NCBI GenBank assembly: GCA_963674595.2 | Contig: CAXXFV010000004.1 | Span: forward strand, 64,001 to 128,000 | Reading direction: 5' to 3' | DNA length: 64,000 bases | Source: a bacterium | GTDB taxonomy: Bacteria > Zhuqueibacterota > Zhuqueibacteria > Residuimicrobiales > Krinioviventaceae | Part shown: positions 61,821 through 64,000 of the stretch, in pieces | Layout of the letters: each line of letters opens with the position of its first letter | Numbering within the stretch: the stretch's first letter is position 1 | The notes under the pieces: model-generated | Database searches by the model: none | What the model saw: only the letters and a program-made list of their open reading frames with translations | What the model was told of the DNA's origin: nothing | Made by a program: the position numbers and the translations under genes

Positions 61821-63614
61821 TTAAACTTTCAATATGGCAAGGAACGCTTCCTGAGGCACTTCAACTTTGCCAAGTTGTTTCATGCGTTTCTTTCCCTCTT
61901 TTTGCTTTTCCAGCAGTTTCCTTTTTCGGGTTATGTCACCACCGTAACATTTTGCTGTTACGTTTTTTCGCATGGCTTTGATTGTTTCGCGGGCAATAAT
62001 CCGGCTGCCGACGGAAGCCTGAATAGCGACCTGAAACATTTGCCGAGGGATAAGGTCTCTTAGTTTTTCACAAACCTTTCGACCCCATTCATAGGCTTTA
62101 TCACGATGAACAATGACAGACAAAGCGTCTACGGATTCTCCGTTTAAAAGGATATCCAGTTTTATTACGTTACCTGGTTTATAGCCGAGAAATTCGTAAT
62201 CAAACGACGCATAACCCCTGGTGATTGATTTAAGCCGGTCATAAAAATCAAAAATAACCTCTGCCAGAGGAAATTGGTAATGCAAGTTTGCACGGGTCTT
62301 GTCAATATATTCCGTGTTAAGATAAACGCCTCTTCGTTCCATAGCTAGTGACATAATACTGCCGATGAATTCTGTGGGTGTTAAAATGCCGGCGCTTATA
62401 TAGGGCTCTTCGACCCGTTCAATATCGCCCAAAGAGGGCATATTTGCCGGATTGTCCAAAACGAGTTTTGTACCGTCTTTAAGATATGTGTGAAATTCAA
62501 CATTTGGGACTGTTGTCACCAAATCAAGCCCATACTCCCGCTCCAGCCTTTCCTGAACAATTTCAAGATGAAGCAGGCCTAAAAATCCACATCGAAAGCC
62601 AAAACCCAGCGCCGCAGAGGTTTCCGGTTCATAAAACAGTGCCGAATCATTCAACTTTAATTTTTCCAGTGCGGTCCGCAAATCTTCATAGTTTTCGGCA
62701 ATAGATGGAAAAAGGCCGCTAAAAACCATAGGTTTAACTTCTCTGTATCCGGGAAGAGGCTCAGTTGCAGGATTATGCACATGTGTAATGGTATCACCAA
62801 CCTGTGTATCGCTGACTTCTTTGGCGCCGGCAATTAAATAACCGACATCTCCGGCAGACAGTAAGTCTTTCTTTATCTGCTTGAGCCGCATAACCCCCAC
62901 TTCCTGCACTTCAAACTTTTTACCGGTTGAAAAAAATTTGATCATGTCACCGGCTTTTAGTTCACCTTCCACAACCCGAATGTAAGCAACGGCGCCTCTG
63001 TAGGCATTAAACATTGAATCAAAAATGAGCGCTCTCAGAGGCTTTTCGGTTTCAATAGCAGGCGGCGGAATGCGGTGAACGGCCGCTTCTAAAATTTCAG
63101 AAATTCCGATTCCGGATTTTGCACTTGCCAATAATATTTCACTCTCATCACAACCAATAATGTCAACAATTTGCTGTTTAACCACATCGACTTGGGAACT
63201 TGGTAAATCAATTTTGTTGATTACCGGAATGATCTCCAAATCATTTTCAATTGCTAAATAAAGATTACTAACGGTTTGTGCCTCAATTCCCTGTGCAGCG
63301 TCAACAACTAAAAGAGCGCCCTCACATGCGGCCAAACTTCGGGAAACTTCATAGGTAAAATCAACGTGTCCCGGGGTATCTATCAAATTCAGGACATATT
63401 TTTCTTTATTCTCAGCCTTATATTCCATAGTAATAGAGTGCATTTTAATTGTAATGCCGCGTTCACGTTCCAGGTCCATGGAATCGAGCACTTGCTCTTT
63501 CATTTCCATTTTGGACAATGTGCCGGTTGCCTCTAAAAGCCGGTCTGCCAGCGTCGATTTACCGTGGTCTATATGGGCAATAATACAAAAATTTCTAATA
63601 TTGTTTTGTTTCAT
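61821..63614 (-). CDS. lepA: Elongation factor 4
   Basis: [64 protein letters not shown]. Confidence 0.98.
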   Translation of the reverse strand: MKQNNIRNFCIIAHIDHGKSTLADRLLEATGTLSKMEMKEQVLDSMDLERERGITIKMHSITMEYKAENKEKYVLNLIDTPGHVDFTYEVSRSLAACEGALLVVDAAQGIEAQTVSNLYLAIENDLEIIPVINKIDLPSSQVDVVKQQIVDIIGCDESEILLASAKSGIGISEILEAAVHRIPPPAIETEKPLRALIFDSMFNAYRGAVAYIRVVEGELKAGDMIKFFSTGKKFEVQEVGVMRLKQIKKDLLSAGDVGYLIAGAKEVSDTQVGDTITHVHNPATEPLPGYREVKPMVFSGLFPSIAENYEDLRTALEKLKLNDSALFYEPETSAALGFGFRCGFLGLLHLEIVQERLEREYGLDLVTTVPNVEFHTYLKDGTKLVLDNPANMPSLGDIERVEEPYISAGILTPTEFIGSIMSLAMERRGVYLNTEYIDKTRANLHYQFPLAEVIFDFYDRLKSITRGYASFDYEFLGYKPGNVIKLDILLNGESVDALSVIVHRDKAYEWGRKVCEKLRDLIPRQMFQVAIQASVGSRIIARETIKAMRKNVTAKCYGGDITRKRKLLEKQKEGKKRMKQLGKVEVPQEAFLAILKV

Positions 63615-63726
63615 TTCTTTATGCTTTAAAAAATAAAAATAGTTTCATGGAAATTAACATTTAAGATAATAAAAAATAATATAGGAATCAACAATTGCTT
63701 TCCTGTTGATTCCGATGCCTGACAAT

Positions 63727-63999
63727 TTACTCAAGTTCAATTTTATAGGAAACCTTTTGTTGTGACCGGCTTGAATCCGGAAAAATTTCAAGTTCAATCG
63801 GATAACACTTGATAGAGGGGAAAGGGGCCCAATATTTTTCTTTATTCCTTCCTATTATCAATTTTGCATTTCCTGATGTAACATTAAAATTGAACTTTTT
63901 ATCCTTTGCCAAAATTTCAACGTGCCTGTCAGTTTTTTGTATAAACTGCATGCCCGAGTTCCAGACAACAGGCTCAACAATTCGTACAGTATCTCTCTT
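63727..63999 (-). CDS. C-terminal part of a hypothetical protein entering from beyond the window
   Basis: Frame is open from the edge (KRDTVRIVEPVVWNSGMQF...KVSYKIELE*). Confidence 0.55.
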   Translation of the reverse strand, partial: KRDTVRIVEPVVWNSGMQFIQKTDRHVEILAKDKKFNFNVTSGNAKLIIGRNKEKYWAPFPSIKCYPIELEIFPDSSRSQQKVSYKIELE

Positions 64000-64000
64000 G

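Noticed and set aside
1-64000. CRISPR arrays, tRNA/rRNA genes, IS elements, integrases or prophage
   Set aside because: No periodic repeats, RNA-gene signatures, or transposase/integrase/phage motifs were seen. Intergenic spaces are short and AT-rich. The remaining small overlapping ORFs in the track are shadows of longer genes.

Overview
AT-rich bacterial chromosomal segment with FCB-superphylum hallmarks: a YPNPFN/FlgD-type C-terminal sorting domain, a TonB-dependent receptor, a DGGGP-synthase-like UbiA enzyme and a tricorn protease. A KSB1/Calditrichota-like lineage is my inference, not a measured result. Contents in order: (1) a minus-strand glycan-utilisation block at 2-16 kb (GH67-like protein, BNR protein, Tat-exported Gfo/Idh/MocA oxidoreductase, HEAT + 2xDUF1080, GH38, DUF4838), followed by kdsB and an edge-truncated deoxyhypusine-synthase-like gene missing from the ORF track; (2) a plus-strand operon, DGGGPS-like/dtd/maf/rodZ/mpl, then a tandem-R3H protein; (3) a 12.5 kb tightly coupled minus-strand operon with five paralogous membrane GT2 glycosyltransferases, a SAM methyltransferase, an LPG-synthase-TM flippase-like protein, Wzi, DUF3108, a radical SAM enzyme and a PHP hydrolase, which is the best candidate for an undescribed glycolipid or surface-glycan system; (4) AGE epimerase/MBL/BNR genes; (5) DEDDh exonuclease, heparinase II/III, D-TA PLP enzyme, CTD protein/lipoprotein/TBDR and a REC-PP2C regulator; (6) a sigma54-promoter-driven small protein + FIST-like (DUF6976-type) pair; (7) hflCK, glgC, tricorn protease, UroD-like, hemW, lepB, ABC pair, lepA. 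At least nine genes are split by 1-bp indels, mostly in homopolymers and including housekeeping genes, which most likely reflects assembly error. I found no rRNA, tRNA, CRISPR array or mobile element. All family assignments come from motif recognition, not database searches.
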